From Haliotis rubra (Eukaryota), in NCBI RefSeq assembly GCF_003918875.1, contig NW_025767427.1, forward strand, positions 186,001 to 250,000: 64,000 bases of DNA. The letters are read 5' to 3'. Position 1 is the first letter of the stretch. Each line of letters opens with the position of its first letter. The position numbers were made by a program, and so were the translations under genes. Of this stretch, positions 51,673 to 64,000 are shown one piece after another. The notes beneath the pieces are model-generated. The model did not search any database and was not told the origin of the DNA. It was given only the letters and a program-made list of their open reading frames with translations.

Positions 51673-52936
51673 CAACACTCTTGTGCCAAAAGTTTCGTCA
51701 CTGCCGAGCTGACAACGTCATTTTGCAGAACGGGTCGCGCTTCATTAACTGCGATTAAACAAGAACATGTGTTTGTCTTACCTTGATATTTGGTGGAATG
51801 ACCCTTCATTTTCACCACTGCTTGCACACGATCCGATATTGACATATAAAGCGTCTGAATGTATTCTGCGGTCAGGTTGACCCTGGTCGTGTCAAACAAG
51901 TCCTCTTTTGTCCTGATGTCCACTGTGTTGGTTTTGATCGCTCTTTTCACATTCAACCAGATATTTTCAATGATATTTATATCCGGTGACTGTGCAGGCC
52001 AAGTCAGGCACTTAATATTGTTCTTTTCTGTTCTTTTGTATGTGCCAACGATACGGGCCCGAAGAACGGGAGCATTGTTATCCCGGAAAAGGTAATTTTC
52101 GTCGGGGAAGTGCCTTGCTAATACTGGCCACAAGTTATCATGCAGTATATCAACATACTTCTGAGCGTTTATGTTTCCTTCAATGGGCACTAAAGTTCCT
52201 ACACCATAACATGCTGTCGTAACGGACACACACATTGCGGGCGGTTGACTTCGTCGGCCTTTCTCCAGATATACACACGGTTACTTTTGCCAATAACCTT
52301 TTGACTTTCACCCGAAAATATTATAACATTCCAGTTACCTTCCACAGTCCATGCCTTTCGTTCCTTACACCAAGCCACTCGTTTAGATACGATTTATTTC
52401 TCACAACCATCTTCATTTTAACAATTCGCCTGTGATTGTGAACCTTCATTGTGTTCTCTGTACTGCAGTACATTCCTCCTAGACACAGGGTGATTCATAT
52501 TATCATTAATTTTGGTGGTTTTGTCCGTCAAAGTTGACTTGCGATTATTTTTCACCATTCGAAAAACCGAGGTCTTGTCCCAGTTTGATAACGATGAATG
52601 TTTCGAGGCCGATTTTCCACACTTCCAGTCACACGAAGTTCTTCAACAACGCTGTGAACACTAGTCACGAGATTTTTGTCCTTCCTGATTTAATCTGACT
52701 ATTAATTGTTTGGTGTCAGTGTCGAGTTCTTATTTTTGCGAGCCATCTCGTCAACAGTAAAAACACCGGAAATAAGAGAGCAGACGACAGGTTTAGCTTA
52801 TCACGTGATAGTCACGTGTATAAACAACAGATGTTTGTGTCGAATGCAGCGCACAATGACAACGCTAAACTGTCTTAATTTTCAAAGAGCGCAACACAGA
52901 TTGCAAAATGACGAATATTTTTAGCACGAGTCTGTA
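51673..52936 (-). mobile_element. Degenerate Tc1-like transposon
   Basis: G.GTLV.IEGNINAQKY..FRDNNAP..WPAQSPDINIIENIW; imperfect TIRs. Confidence 0.88.
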
Positions 52937-53039
52937 GTTATAACAGTAAACGATGCAATTTCCGACATGGTGCATAAACAATATGGTTTGGAACGGTTTA
53001 AATAGTCCGGGCGTTCACAAGTGCTTTTGCCAGCTGTAA

Positions 53040-53190
53040 CACTATTTTCCATTGGCTAAATCTCGCCATGTCAGCCAATCGCTATTTCAATAGCAAATGG
53101 TACGATGGATTCAATTATGTTTACATCATGGCCGCCGTGATTTCTTCCATGGGCTCGTATGTGGAATGTGTTTTGTGTTTGAGTTGTAAG
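53040..53190 (+). promoter_or_regulatory. Probable promoter and non-coding first exon of the NEK gene
   Basis: Paired ATTGG/CCAAT at 53051-53079; GTAAGT donor at ~53186. Confidence 0.4.
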
Positions 53191-54090
53191 TGTAATTTCG
53201 GGTACAATTTCAAACATATTTTTATTTTTCCTTGTTGAAAAGATGTTTAATAATGATTTAATTGAGCTGTCAGGGCTAAAATTAACCTTGGCTCGAAAAT
53301 AGATCTCAACATTTAGATCAACTCTAATTTCGGAATTGGTCACCCCAGCTCGGAAGGACAATGTGTCATTTAACTCACTGAAGCGTGTACTGCAGTCGTG
53401 GCCTCCGCTAGCAGAACCGATTATTTGATACATTTGCGTTAAACGCTGTCGATGACTTTCCACCTGTCGTTATTAAAAACAAGAAACTGACCAAAATTTG
53501 GAATGTCCTGCAGGAATGTCCTGTGAATTTCAGATGTGAGAAATTATTTGCCAAATGACCCCTATTTAGACTATCCGCCTCCTATACATGTTGGCATTTA
53601 AATGGCGGTGGGTCTTATGCATTAAACATAAAATAGACGCCTCTTACTTTTTACTTTGATATGTGTGTATGGTAATTAATTATGACTCCTTCGAGCAGTT
53701 GCACCCTTTGTTTGACTCCTTGATCATATGATTAGCAAGATAACACCATATGTATCTTTAAGTGTCTGAAGACTTATCATACCAGGATAATTATACAGGT
53801 TAATTGCTGTGTCAGCATCTTGCACAAAATTTATACACTTCTAATTGACAAAATAGAGCTGTCAGAGGTGCACAAAGCCATTGGTTAGGAAGAACTTCAT
53901 GTATGTAAAGTTTCAAATCTTAATCATCAAATAAAAGTCCATGGACACATCAATACAAAAAATATCAATCTCGATTTCAAAGAAGAAGACATGAATGTAT
54001 CGAATTATATCAAATTATCTGGTTTTAATGTGTGTGTTTTCGTCTGTAACAGGTAAACAACATGATGAGATGATATAACAGGTTAACAAA

Positions 54091-57000
54091 ATGGACAAGT
54101 ATGAAACTATCAAGCGTCTTGGCTCAGGGTCATGTGGTGCGGTGTACCTGGTCAGACATAAGGATACAAAAAGGTCAGCAAGTGCAGAATCATAATCATT
54201 CTTACTGATAAAATATTATGTTCATGAATTATCCTAGCTTGGCTGTTATAATTTTCTTTTAAGTGAAGATATTAATGAATTAAATAATTTTTAACAGGCT
54301 ATCTGCCTGATGAACAATTTGAACTAGCCAATAATATTTGATTTGTTTACAAATGTAATTGTGAAGGTTGATGTATGGCAGGTATGGCCCTCAGAAAACA
54401 CATTGTCAGTTATGGTAAATTTTAAATGATTATGAGTGCAGGACAGATAGTTTCACTGTTGTATTATTGAACCAGTTTGAACCAACTGTTCATGTACCTA
54501 TCTACATAATGTTTCTGGGAACAATGTGTGAAGCCCATTTCTTGTGTCCCTCACCATGATATTGCTGGAATATTGTTAAAAGCGGCGTGAAACCCAACTC
54601 ACTCACTCACATACTGTTTTCACTTTCAGGATGTTTGCTTTAAAGAAGATCGACCTGGATGAAAGGAGAAAAGCACGAACAAGAGATGCAGTTATAAAGG
54701 AGGCCAGGTAAACATTTTCTTCTCTTGTCAATAGAGAAAGTATATCTTTTTCTGGAGTATTAGATATTGAAAAGATAAAATAGATATGCAGTGAATAAAA
54801 GTGTGCGGACAAAAAACACTCCTTTTTTAAATCACAGAATTTTGTTTGTGGGGGTGAACAAGGGACAATAAGTTTGCTATTGGCTTGTTTCCCATTTGAC
54901 TAAGATCTAGTCTCTGAAATGAAATGCTTCAGAGAAAAAGAACAGTTGTTAAATTGTCTAGATATAATAAAAGAGTCCATAGACTCTGTTCTCCAAAATC
55001 GGTTGTAATCTAGACTTGTATTGGCTGTTTAGGATATATTTGTTTCAAGGTCTGTATGACAGACTTATTCCTATCAGCATTTTGTATTTATCTTCTTGAT
55101 CAAGCCTTGTTCTTTTCCTTCAGAATTCTGGAGAAACTAAAGCACCCACACATTGTTGCCTTTCAAGAGAGCTTCTGTGATGAAATAGAAGAATGTCTTG
55201 TCATAATACAGGTGAGAGCATAGAGTGACTTAAATGTGTACAATCATAGACTGGAAAATGTTCATGTGTTTATCATGTTTTTGAGGGAGAGTTCATACTG
55301 ATTATGGAATAACCAGATAAATATTGGATAGCTGGTACCATATTTAGTGATAATTTTTTAAAACCGCACAAGACAAAACTTCAACAATATGTTTTGTATG
55401 TGATCCATATTGGTAGGTAAATGGAAAAAATATTTAAATAAGTGCTTAGGATTTTATGATCAAGGAGCAAAGATAAACAATTCCTTGGTGCAGCAAATTT
55501 CAGACAAATGCTATTTCTAGGATGCACTGCTATTTATTACAGTGTTATCTCCCTTGATTAAATATTGTTGTAGTTCTGAATGGCGACACAGCATCTAGAC
55601 TACAACATTATTCACGACAAGGAAGAAAATCCAATCTATGGTGCTAATTTTGTCTTTGAAAAAAAATAATCAAATAACCTGGTTCGAAAACTACCAGTAA
55701 CTTAATGGCAATATATTGCAATGCACAGTGTGATACAAAGGCAGATATTGCAATATATTACTAGCAAAATTCTGCGCGCTGTACACAACCGTAATTGTAA
55801 TAATATAATCATGGATAGTATTTTAAGAAATATGAAAAAACAAATCTTTAACTTAATTAGCAAAGTTTGCCCCTTACTTTGTAGATATGGTTCAGACTTG
55901 TTGTTTGATAGAATGTCAACATCTGTTGTGTTTTCCATTATAATTGTTGTAATTGTTGTTTTCAGGACTATTGTGATGGTGGTACAATTGAGGATAAGAT
56001 CCAAGATGCAACAAAGGTATTTATAGTATTTATGTGTATCGGTTTTGAATTTTAGTGAGTCAGTTGATCAGTTCATAAATTGTTATTGTTGTTAAAGAAA
56101 ACGTTATATATAATATGGGAAAGTGTTACCGGTTAATAAATTGCCGTGACAAAAGGTTTAAGAATCCCCTTTGAACCAAAATATAACACAGACAAGTCTA
56201 AAATATTCAATAATAATATTGAGCAAACAATGAGCAAGCTACAATGAATCACAATACAGATTTCTAGTACAATGCAATTGAGTCACAAATCTAAAGTAAT
56301 GGGTCACATATAAAATATTAACTCACCAGAGTCGTGGTAACCACAGTGAGATCAGATTTTCTAAATGGAGCATGTTTACAAATGAGAGCTGTCAGGCACG
56401 AAGTGTCAGGGTCAGACAATGGCAATGTGACGAAGGACGAAGGCAAACAACGATGGGCAACTCCAGTAATATCGAAAGTTGCGTGTAATTCTGTGTGTTA
56501 GTCCGTGTGTCAGTCCTTGCGTGTCGCTCAACACAACAGCCAGCCTTTATAGATACTGACACAGATTCTCGAACTTTCCAGCAAAGCATGGCTGTATCAT
56601 TAAACACTTAGATCTTTCTCGAAGCGTGTTGAACATACGACCGGGAGTCAAAGCATAAACATCCGGTCAAGGAAGGTAACTCTGGAGCGCTTTCTCAGAA
56701 GGCGTACCGCTAAAATACTATTGCCATTGCACATACATGACACGAAATGTGACCCAAAACCAACACTCAAAACTTTAACATTGTGACTCATAATATCTAT
56801 CACCTTACCGATGTTATTACAAACCCCATAAAAAACACACTCTCGTAACAGAAAGAAATAAAAACTGAAGTTTATGTTACATATGATCAGTACGACATTC
56901 TAAACAGGGGTACATGTGTTGCCCAGTAATCTAGCAGTGTTTGAAATAAGCCAAAAAACCAGCCAGACATCAGGGCTGGTAACTTCAAAATGTTACCAGC

Positions 57001-60000
57001 CCAAAATAGATTTAACCAGACCAAATATGATGAATTTACTCAGGTGTATGGAACATCTAAAACATTTACCAGACCATCGGGCTGACTAGCTGTAAATTTG
57101 GACCGTCCGACAGAAATCTTGCCCGTCTCGGGCGGTCGGACGGGCCTTATTTCATACACTGAATCTAGGGTAACCAAGTTATCTGTACAGAGTTGTGTCC
57201 CTTTGCACTCTTTGGAGCATAGGTTCAAATCTCAGATTCATCCCGTTATGATGCTGGATTTATCAGTGCCAGAGCTGATGCGTTTTATCAAAGTTGATGA
57301 TAAATATCCAAGACCTGTGTCACACAAACAGAATTCTGTCAAAAACAGCATTGGGCCTAAAGCCCTCTACATGGTCAGTTATTGGCGCCAACAAACCTAT
57401 GTTGGCACACTTTATTTTAAGCAGCGATTTCTTTATAAAGGACTTTTAATTTCCATTTTCAAAATAATTGATATTTCTAGGACATTTTTTGATGCACCAC
57501 AATAAAGGATTTAATTTTCATTTCAATTTTTTCCAGGACAATAAATTTTTTCAAGAAAAGCAGATCATGGAGGTTTGTGATTTCTTTTCATTAAATCTGA
57601 TAAAATCAGCCAAATGTAAACACTAATTTATCTCAAAATGAATTTATTAGCGTGACAAAAGATTTATGAACATATAACATTGAGCTTATGTTGAATGTAG
57701 CAGGTGAGCAACAGTACCTGTGTTTGATGTTCTTTTCAGTCGTAACATGCATAGTAACATCAGATAATTCAATCAGGTTATTCCTGTTTTCATCAGTGGT
57801 TCCTGCAGATTGTGATGGGCGTACAGTATTTCCATTCCAAGAAGATTCTACACAGGTATGTCAGTCAGTTACTTTGTGACTATGAGCTGTTGAGGAGGAT
57901 TCCGGGGCAGAATAGGTCCCAACTATCCAGAGTTTGTAGGAGCTGAAGTACTATGGGCTGTTCATGGGTATACCGATGAGAATAGGTCCCCACTGCCTAG
58001 ATCTGGATAGAGCTGATGGACTATGGGCTGTTCATGGGTATACCGATAGGAATAGGTCCCCACTGCCTTGATCTGGAAAGAGCTGATGGACTATGAGCTG
58101 TTCATGGGTATACCGATGAGAATAGGTCCCCACTGCCTAGATCTGGTAAGAGCTGAAGGACTATGGGCTGTTCATGGGTATACCGATGAGAATAGGTCCC
58201 TACTGCCTAAATCTGGTAAGAGCTGAAGGACTATGAGCTGTTCATGGGTATACCGATGAGAATAGGTTCCCACTGCCTAGATCTGGTAAGAGCTGAAGGA
58301 CTATGGGCTGTTCATGGGTATACCGATGAGAATAGGTTCCCACTGCCTAGATCTGGTAAGAGCTGAAGGACTATGAGCTGTTCATGGGTATACCGATGAG
58401 AATAGGTTCCCACTGCCTAGATCTGGTAAGAGCTGAAGGACTATGGGCTGTTCATGGGTATACCGATGAGAATAGGTCCCTACTGCCTAAATCTGGTAAG
58501 AGCTGAAGGACTATGAGCTGTTCATGGGTATACCGATGAGAATAGGTCCCCACTGCCTAGATCTGGTAAGAGCTGAAGGACTATGGGCTGTTCATGGGTA
58601 TACCGATGAGAATAGGTCCCCACTGCCTAGATCTGGTAAGAGCTGATGGACTATGGGCTGTTCATTGGTATACCGATGAGAATAGGTCCCTACTGCCTAA
58701 ATCTGGTAAGAGCTGAAGGACTATGAGCTGTTCATGGGTATACCGATGAGAATAGGTCCCCACTGCCTAGATCTGGTAAGAGCTGATGGACTATGAGCTG
58801 TTCATGGGTATACCGATGAGAATAGGTCCCCACTGCCCAGAGCTTATTTTGAATTGACAGGAATCAAGGAGAAACGGCCAGAAAAAAATATTTCCAAAAT
58901 ACGAACCGCATTTGGGAGAGAATGTCAAAATAAACAATCTTTTCAAGCTTTGTAAGAATACCATTTTACTGGTGACTCTCAAATGCTATCTGATATTTCA
59001 GTGACAGATGGCCACGTTTTTTGCGATTTGGCGGTGTTCTGATGACGTCAGGGCTCATTTGAAGAGCATTCGGGACATTCTGACTGTATTCGAAGTACAT
59101 TCGAGCTGTATTCCAACTGCAATCGAAATATTCCGATACATTTGAAGAATATTCCACTTGAATTCCAGCAGCAATCAAGATACATTCCGACTCATTCAAG
59201 GTGTATTCGGGACATTCTGACAGGATTTTAAGTAGCTTGCCTTGTCCATTCTCCCTCGAATATGTTCTGCTCAGAATGCAGTAAGAATACTAAGAATACA
59301 CTTCAAATACCTTTTGATATTTTTCCACTGTGAATGTATCTCAAAAGTTTTACCTGAATAGTTGGAATGCATTTGGAATGCAGTAAGAAGTTTTAGAATG
59401 CAGTTCGAATTTCCAGGAATCTCCAGGAATTTTCATTCCGACAGCATTCCATCTCATTCCTCCTCAAGTGCATTCTCTTCCCACAGAGGTTACTTGTCAT
59501 ATCTTCCTACGAACCTCTGTTCTAATACGGCCATATTTCCCGGTTCTCGTAAAATCCCCTAGCGGCAAAAGATCGCAACACGAACTATCTCCCTTCTTTC
59601 TATCCAATCAGAACACGTGTTACATTAGATTCAACTTGACTAACACAAGCAAATGTGGGGCCACAAATATCCCCCATCTTCCGGGGACTTGTGTTGTTGG
59701 TACACACAAGACGTTTAATGGCTAGCTTGTCCGTTGTCAACGAGGGCGATGGAGACGCCACTGATCCGCCATAACATGACTGAGTTCTGTCTAGAAGAAA
59801 CGTTTGCGTATCGCGCAGGGGAAGAAGTTTAGTTTTCTCGAAGCATACGGAAATTACCGAGGCCTTGCGAATGATCACTTTTGAAACAACGTCGCTGATT
59901 GCACAACTAAATCTGATTGCCTCCAATCACGAGTCTTGAACGCTCACACTATGAAAGGGCCGTATTAGAACAGAGGTTACGTAGGAAGATATGACAGGAG

Positions 60001-61785
60001 TAACCTCTGTGGGAAGAGAATGCCTCAAGTGTAACAGGGGTATAAGAGTTGACAGACTATGGTCACGATGTGGGGATTCTGGGACCTAATCGACCCCAAA
60101 TACCTAATGCTTGTAAGAACAAACTCAGTAACTGTCTGTGAGCCCTCAATGAAGACCTTGGGGCAGAGTAGGTCCTGCTGTGTGCTTGTTGAGTGAGTGA
60201 GTGAATGAGAGAGCAATATTCTGTTTCACTATTTCCAAAATGGCTTTATCTTGGAATCACTTTGAGAGATTGTGATTAGCCTTCTTATGAGATGTTCAAA
60301 ATTCTTAATTCTGTTTTATGTTTCAGAGACTTGAAAACGGAGAATATTTTTCTGACAAAGAAAAATGTAGTAAAGATAGGTAAGTTAATTTGGATTATGG
60401 ATATATTATCACTGCATTGGGTTGTGGTGTTTTGAAACAATTTTGTTTTGTTGCATTGTTTACCAATATTTGGGTTTTTAACCCTTCAGAGGAACTAAAC
60501 TGAAACAATCACTTTGTGAGAGTTGTTCTTTAATGCAAGACTGTGTTCAGTTTGGAAGGAATTTTATTTCTGAGAGTGGTCGCAATGGAAATTTTATGTA
60601 AAGTCTTCTTGAGGTACTTACAAGAGGTGACTAAAGCTTGTTTGGGTGGTCACCCGTGAAGATCCTGGTTGTCATAAGAGGCGACTAACGGTATCGGGTC
60701 CTCAGGCTCGCTGACTTGGTTGACACATGTAATCGTATCCCAATTGCGCAGATCAATGCTCATACTGTTGGACACTGGATCGGACATGATTATTTACATA
60801 CAGCCGTCATATAGCTGGAATATTGCTGAGTGCAGCGTAAAACAAGAAACAATCAAACATTGAAACATGCTGTTTCATGCACAGGTGATTTTGGAATCTC
60901 CAAGACATTAGACAGTACTATTGATGTAGCCAAAACAGTTGTTGGGACGCCAACATATCTTAGTCCAGAGGTGTGCCAGGATATCCCATACAACTCCAAG
61001 TCAGACATCTGGGTAAGTAAACAGTGAGGTAGTGAATTTGGTTTATCATTTTACTAAAGCCTTTACCCTTAACATGAGCTTTGAGATAAAGCTGCATATT
61101 GGTTATGAAATACACCATGCCATTTTAGAAAGTGGTCAAATGTAATGTATGTCATATTTGGGATTACACTTGCTTAGTAAAGTACAGATTCTAGTACTTT
61201 TTGGGTTGAGTCCCATCCGGGATTCGAACCCACACCCTCAGAGTCAAGCACCTAATCACCACACAAAGTCAGACGCCCAGACCGCTCAGCCACCGCAGTA
61301 TTTTATTAAGAAAGTGTAATCCCAAATATAACATACGTTACGTATGTTGGTTGGTTGGTTTGTTCAACACCACACTCAGCAATATTCCACCTATATGGTG
61401 GAAAGTAGCATGTCATCCCAATGACTTAAGTATGCAAATTAGAACTCTGACTTCTCCCCCACAAGACATTCTTCACACGAGATTGTCATTTGAAAAGCTA
61501 ACCATTATTTGAATTGTGCCGGGGATACAATCAAATGACATAAAAATCATTGATGTTACCATTATTAATGTTTTACTAATTCTTCAAAACTCTGTGCAAG
61601 TATTTTGTTTTAAATAATCAGAGGAACATTTTTTCCTGGATGAATATGCAAAAAAGGAGTTAACGTGTGTTTTGTCTATCCAGGCTCTGGGCTGTATCCT
61701 GTACGAGCTGTGTGCTCTCTGTACTCCGTTTGATGCCCCAAACATCCTCAGTCTCTTCTACAAGATTGTTAAGGCAGAATTTGTG
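54091..61785 (+). CDS. NIMA-related (NEK) Ser/Thr kinase, 3'-incomplete. Exons 54091-54173, 54630-54707, 55124-55211, 55966-56016, 57537-57572, 57797-57855, 60327-60379, 60885-61012, 61684-61785
   Basis: Spliced product [74 protein letters not shown]; all introns GT-AG with consistent phases. Confidence 0.93.
54520..54609 (+). mobile_element. 5'-truncated family 1 SINE
   Basis: 3' half plus (ACTC)n tail. Confidence 0.8.
56124..56850. mobile_element. Solo LTR (BEL/Pao or Gypsy)
   Basis: TGTTAC...GTAACA termini, 5-bp TSD gaaag. Confidence 0.8.
56935..57161. mobile_element. MITE
   Basis: TIR CAGTGT(T/A)TGAAATAAG; flanking direct repeat aatctag. Confidence 0.75.
57881..58840. repeat. 70-bp minisatellite (about 13-14 units) in a NEK intron
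   Basis: CTATGGGCTGTTCATGGGTATACCGATGAGAATAGGTCCCCACTGCCTAGATCTGGTAAGAGCTGAAGGA in tandem. Confidence 0.97.
59471..60022. mobile_element. MITE with ~60-bp TIRs and 9-bp TSD
   Basis: CATTCTCTTCCCACAGAGGTTAC.. TIR; TSD cctcaagtg. Confidence 0.9.
60652..60855 (+). mobile_element. SINE-like element, family 2 (internal deletion in head)
   Basis: CCCGTGAAGATCC..GAGGCGACTAACGG..GCTGGAATATTGCTGAG. Confidence 0.85.
61110..61340 (-). mobile_element. tRNA-related short element with inverted-repeat flanks
   Basis: Minus-strand GGTGGCTGAGCGG / GGTTCGAATCCC boxes; IR 61149-61171 vs 61312-61334. Confidence 0.6.
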
Positions 61786-61824
61786 GTAAACACGTTTTAC
61801 TAATTATCTTACCTTCATGTAAAA

Positions 61825-62390
61825 TACTTTAATTTCATTGGTCAATGACGGTTTGACAAGAACTGGAAAAAATATTATCCGCTGCCACGGTAACCGCCAA
61901 GTTCTCCAAGTTCTACAATCGTATGACGTCATAATATGACACATGCCGTGCCTGGAGTTCGAAAACCGTTCGATCAGCTGTTTTTGTGTTCACTTTGTAC
62001 AGATTTATTTTACCAACTTTCACTGCTTTATTTAAGCTATTTTATACATTGAGTGGTTTGCACACTCAGCTTTAACATAATTAACAATTTTTATAGCAGT
62101 TTTATGCTTGTCAGAATATGTTTCACTGATGTTTAAAATCCAGTCGGGAGGCAGACTCCATTTTGTTTGCATGTCATATAGTCGGTAGCGATCTTTAACA
62201 TAAAATAAAATGATATTTTGTAATTTAACATGGCAGTAAGATAAATACGTTGTATGGTTCTCCCTCGGGTAATACGGTCTGATATATGCCTCTTTGTAGC
62301 AGTGTCATCCCTCGCCTACCGACTCGGGTGACACTGCTACAAAGAGGCGTACATCAGACCGTATTACCCTGGAAAGAAGCATACAGCTTA
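61825..62390. mobile_element. Crypton-like non-autonomous element
   Basis: ~45-bp-arm palindrome 62267-62369 around CCCTCG..CTCGGG; CATTGG at the other end; no TSD. Confidence 0.55.
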
Positions 62391-62901
62391 TAATACTTTA
62401 CCAAGTTATAAATGTATATGTAAGAAGATGGTAGTACTGAGGAATGCAGCATGTTTGTGTCATTGCTTTCAGATGCCTACTGATATATAGAATACTTAAT
62501 ACAGTTTTATACTCATTTATAAACAGACATATTTCACTCTTCATAATGTTTATGTAGACCTAGCAAAACATAAATACGATTTTCATTAATCTGCATCAAA
62601 TCATGAGTCCCATGACAAAATATCTGAAACTTTTAATAATCTCATTATTATTAAGAACAAGCAGTACTGTTAGAGATTATTAAAATCCATTAATCTCTAA
62701 CAAGTCATTGATGCAGGATGCTGCTGAGTCACCTATCACTTGAACCAGCATAGTTCGGGGAACTTGGGACTCAGTTAAATAGAGAAGCATCATAATTCAA
62801 ACAACACATCCTCAGTTAAGATCCCAGGATGATCTGCTGGATCCATTCACTCCATTGCTCTGGCTGAGCAAACTGTCTCCCCATGCTGTTCCTATACATG
62901 A

Positions 62902-63268
62902 GACCGCCTCCGTGGTGTAGTGGTTAGAGCGTCCGCCCGGAGAGCGGAAGGTCGCGGGTTCAATCCCCGACCGCGTCATACCAAAAGATGTTAAAATATG
63001 GTACTTGTTGGTCCCTGCCTGGCGCTTGGCATTAATGGGTATAACAAGGACTGGTGGGCTCGGAGTCAGTATAATGTGTCTGAGTGGGGTATTCATGCTT
63101 CACTGCAGCATGGTATCTCAGTGGGCTAGCACTATAAAACCAGCTTAAGTCTGGGCTAGTACAAGCAGCTGCACATCCACATATACATGCATGCACGTCG
63201 TCATATGAGCCAAATATTCTCAAGCACGACGTTAATCTCAATTTCACCTCACCTCACCTCACCTCACC
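62902..63268 (+). mobile_element. V-SINE (RUDI-like), full length
   Basis: Near-identical to 43288-43643; TSD cctataca. Confidence 0.9.
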
Positions 63269-64000
63269 TATACACGATTGTGATGTTGACTTAACACTAT
63301 GCAGAGCTATTGCCTGTTCCACTGTGTAGACTTGTCTTGTTTTGATGGGGAGTATGTAGCAGGGTGAGGAGTCATCCCGAAGGTGACACCCTTACCTTGT
63401 CAGCTTGCTGTGGGGTTAACCCCTTTAGTCATGTGGACAAGGCAATTAGACCTCAGTTCAGAAGGTCTGCGGTTCAAATCCCATAACATGACTCAGGAAA
63501 TGTTTACTGCTTCAAAATCATGATTAATACCCCGGTGAAAGTGCAAGTTGCTGTGATAGCCATCCAATCAAATTGCAGTCAAGAGTGGGAGAAATTCTGT
63601 CTAAGTTGAAGATAGTATTGATGAAGGTGTAGCGTCACTTCTGAAACAAAGCAATGGTGGGAAAAATGTCCAGGATATTATCGATATGGTGATTAACATA
63701 TGCTGGTTATTCGTGTTAGTATTAGACTTGACACAGCAGTACTATTTTGGATGTAACTTATTGTTTTCATACATTATAGTAGTGGTGGTCTGATTATTTG
63801 AAATAATCAAAGATTGGTCGCAGTGCCTAAACGACCAAGCAATCGATTGTGTTTTCTCATTATGAAACACAACCAATTTTGGAACACTTGTTTGCATCAA
63901 CAATATTTTACACAAGGTTGGTTTTGTCTGTCATTAAATTTACATTTCATAAGCACTACAATCTCGTTCCAAGTCATGATTGAAGTTATCTTAAAGAATC

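Noticed and set aside
53071-53463. 130-aa minus-strand ORF
   Set aside because: No recognisable domain; overlaps the probable NEK promoter and repeat-like sequence
57881-58840. Hammerhead in the 70-bp repeat (CCGATGAG / CTGATGGA / CTGAAGGA)
   Set aside because: No stem II followed by GAAA and no UH triplet in register; also not CRISPR (no spacers)
58940-59460. CATTC/GAATG-rich stretch
   Set aside because: Looks like a degenerate TE with subterminal repeats; no ends or TSD could be defined

Overview
Eukaryotic (animal) genomic DNA, AT-rich and dense in SINEs and MITEs; the repeat families suggest a mollusc, probably a gastropod such as abalone (inference). No prokaryotic features or CRISPR. 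Content: (1) the last two exons of a + strand gene with a hydrophobic, GPI-like C-terminus (1-870). (2) A ~21 kb tandem segmental duplication (~2300-22850 and ~24020-45195); each copy carries a minus-strand BTB + six-C2H2 (ZBTB-like) gene of ~1200 aa, and both copies have frameshifts that mostly look like single-base/homopolymer consensus errors. (3) A + strand gene apparently fusing a transposon-type THAP zinc finger to a BTB domain (47028-49489). (4) Nine coding exons of a NIMA/NEK kinase (54091-61785, running off the window). Interspersed are three common SINE families, Tc1 relics, hAT/Harbinger/Kolobok/P-like MITEs, a solo LTR, LINE fragments and two minisatellites. Best leads: the THAP-BTB chimera; four Penelope-type minimal hammerhead ribozyme motifs, three with the rarer U3-A8 core; and a pseudoknot-forming head of a non-tRNA SINE that appears to have seeded both minisatellites. 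All calls were made by eye; no database search or folding program was run.
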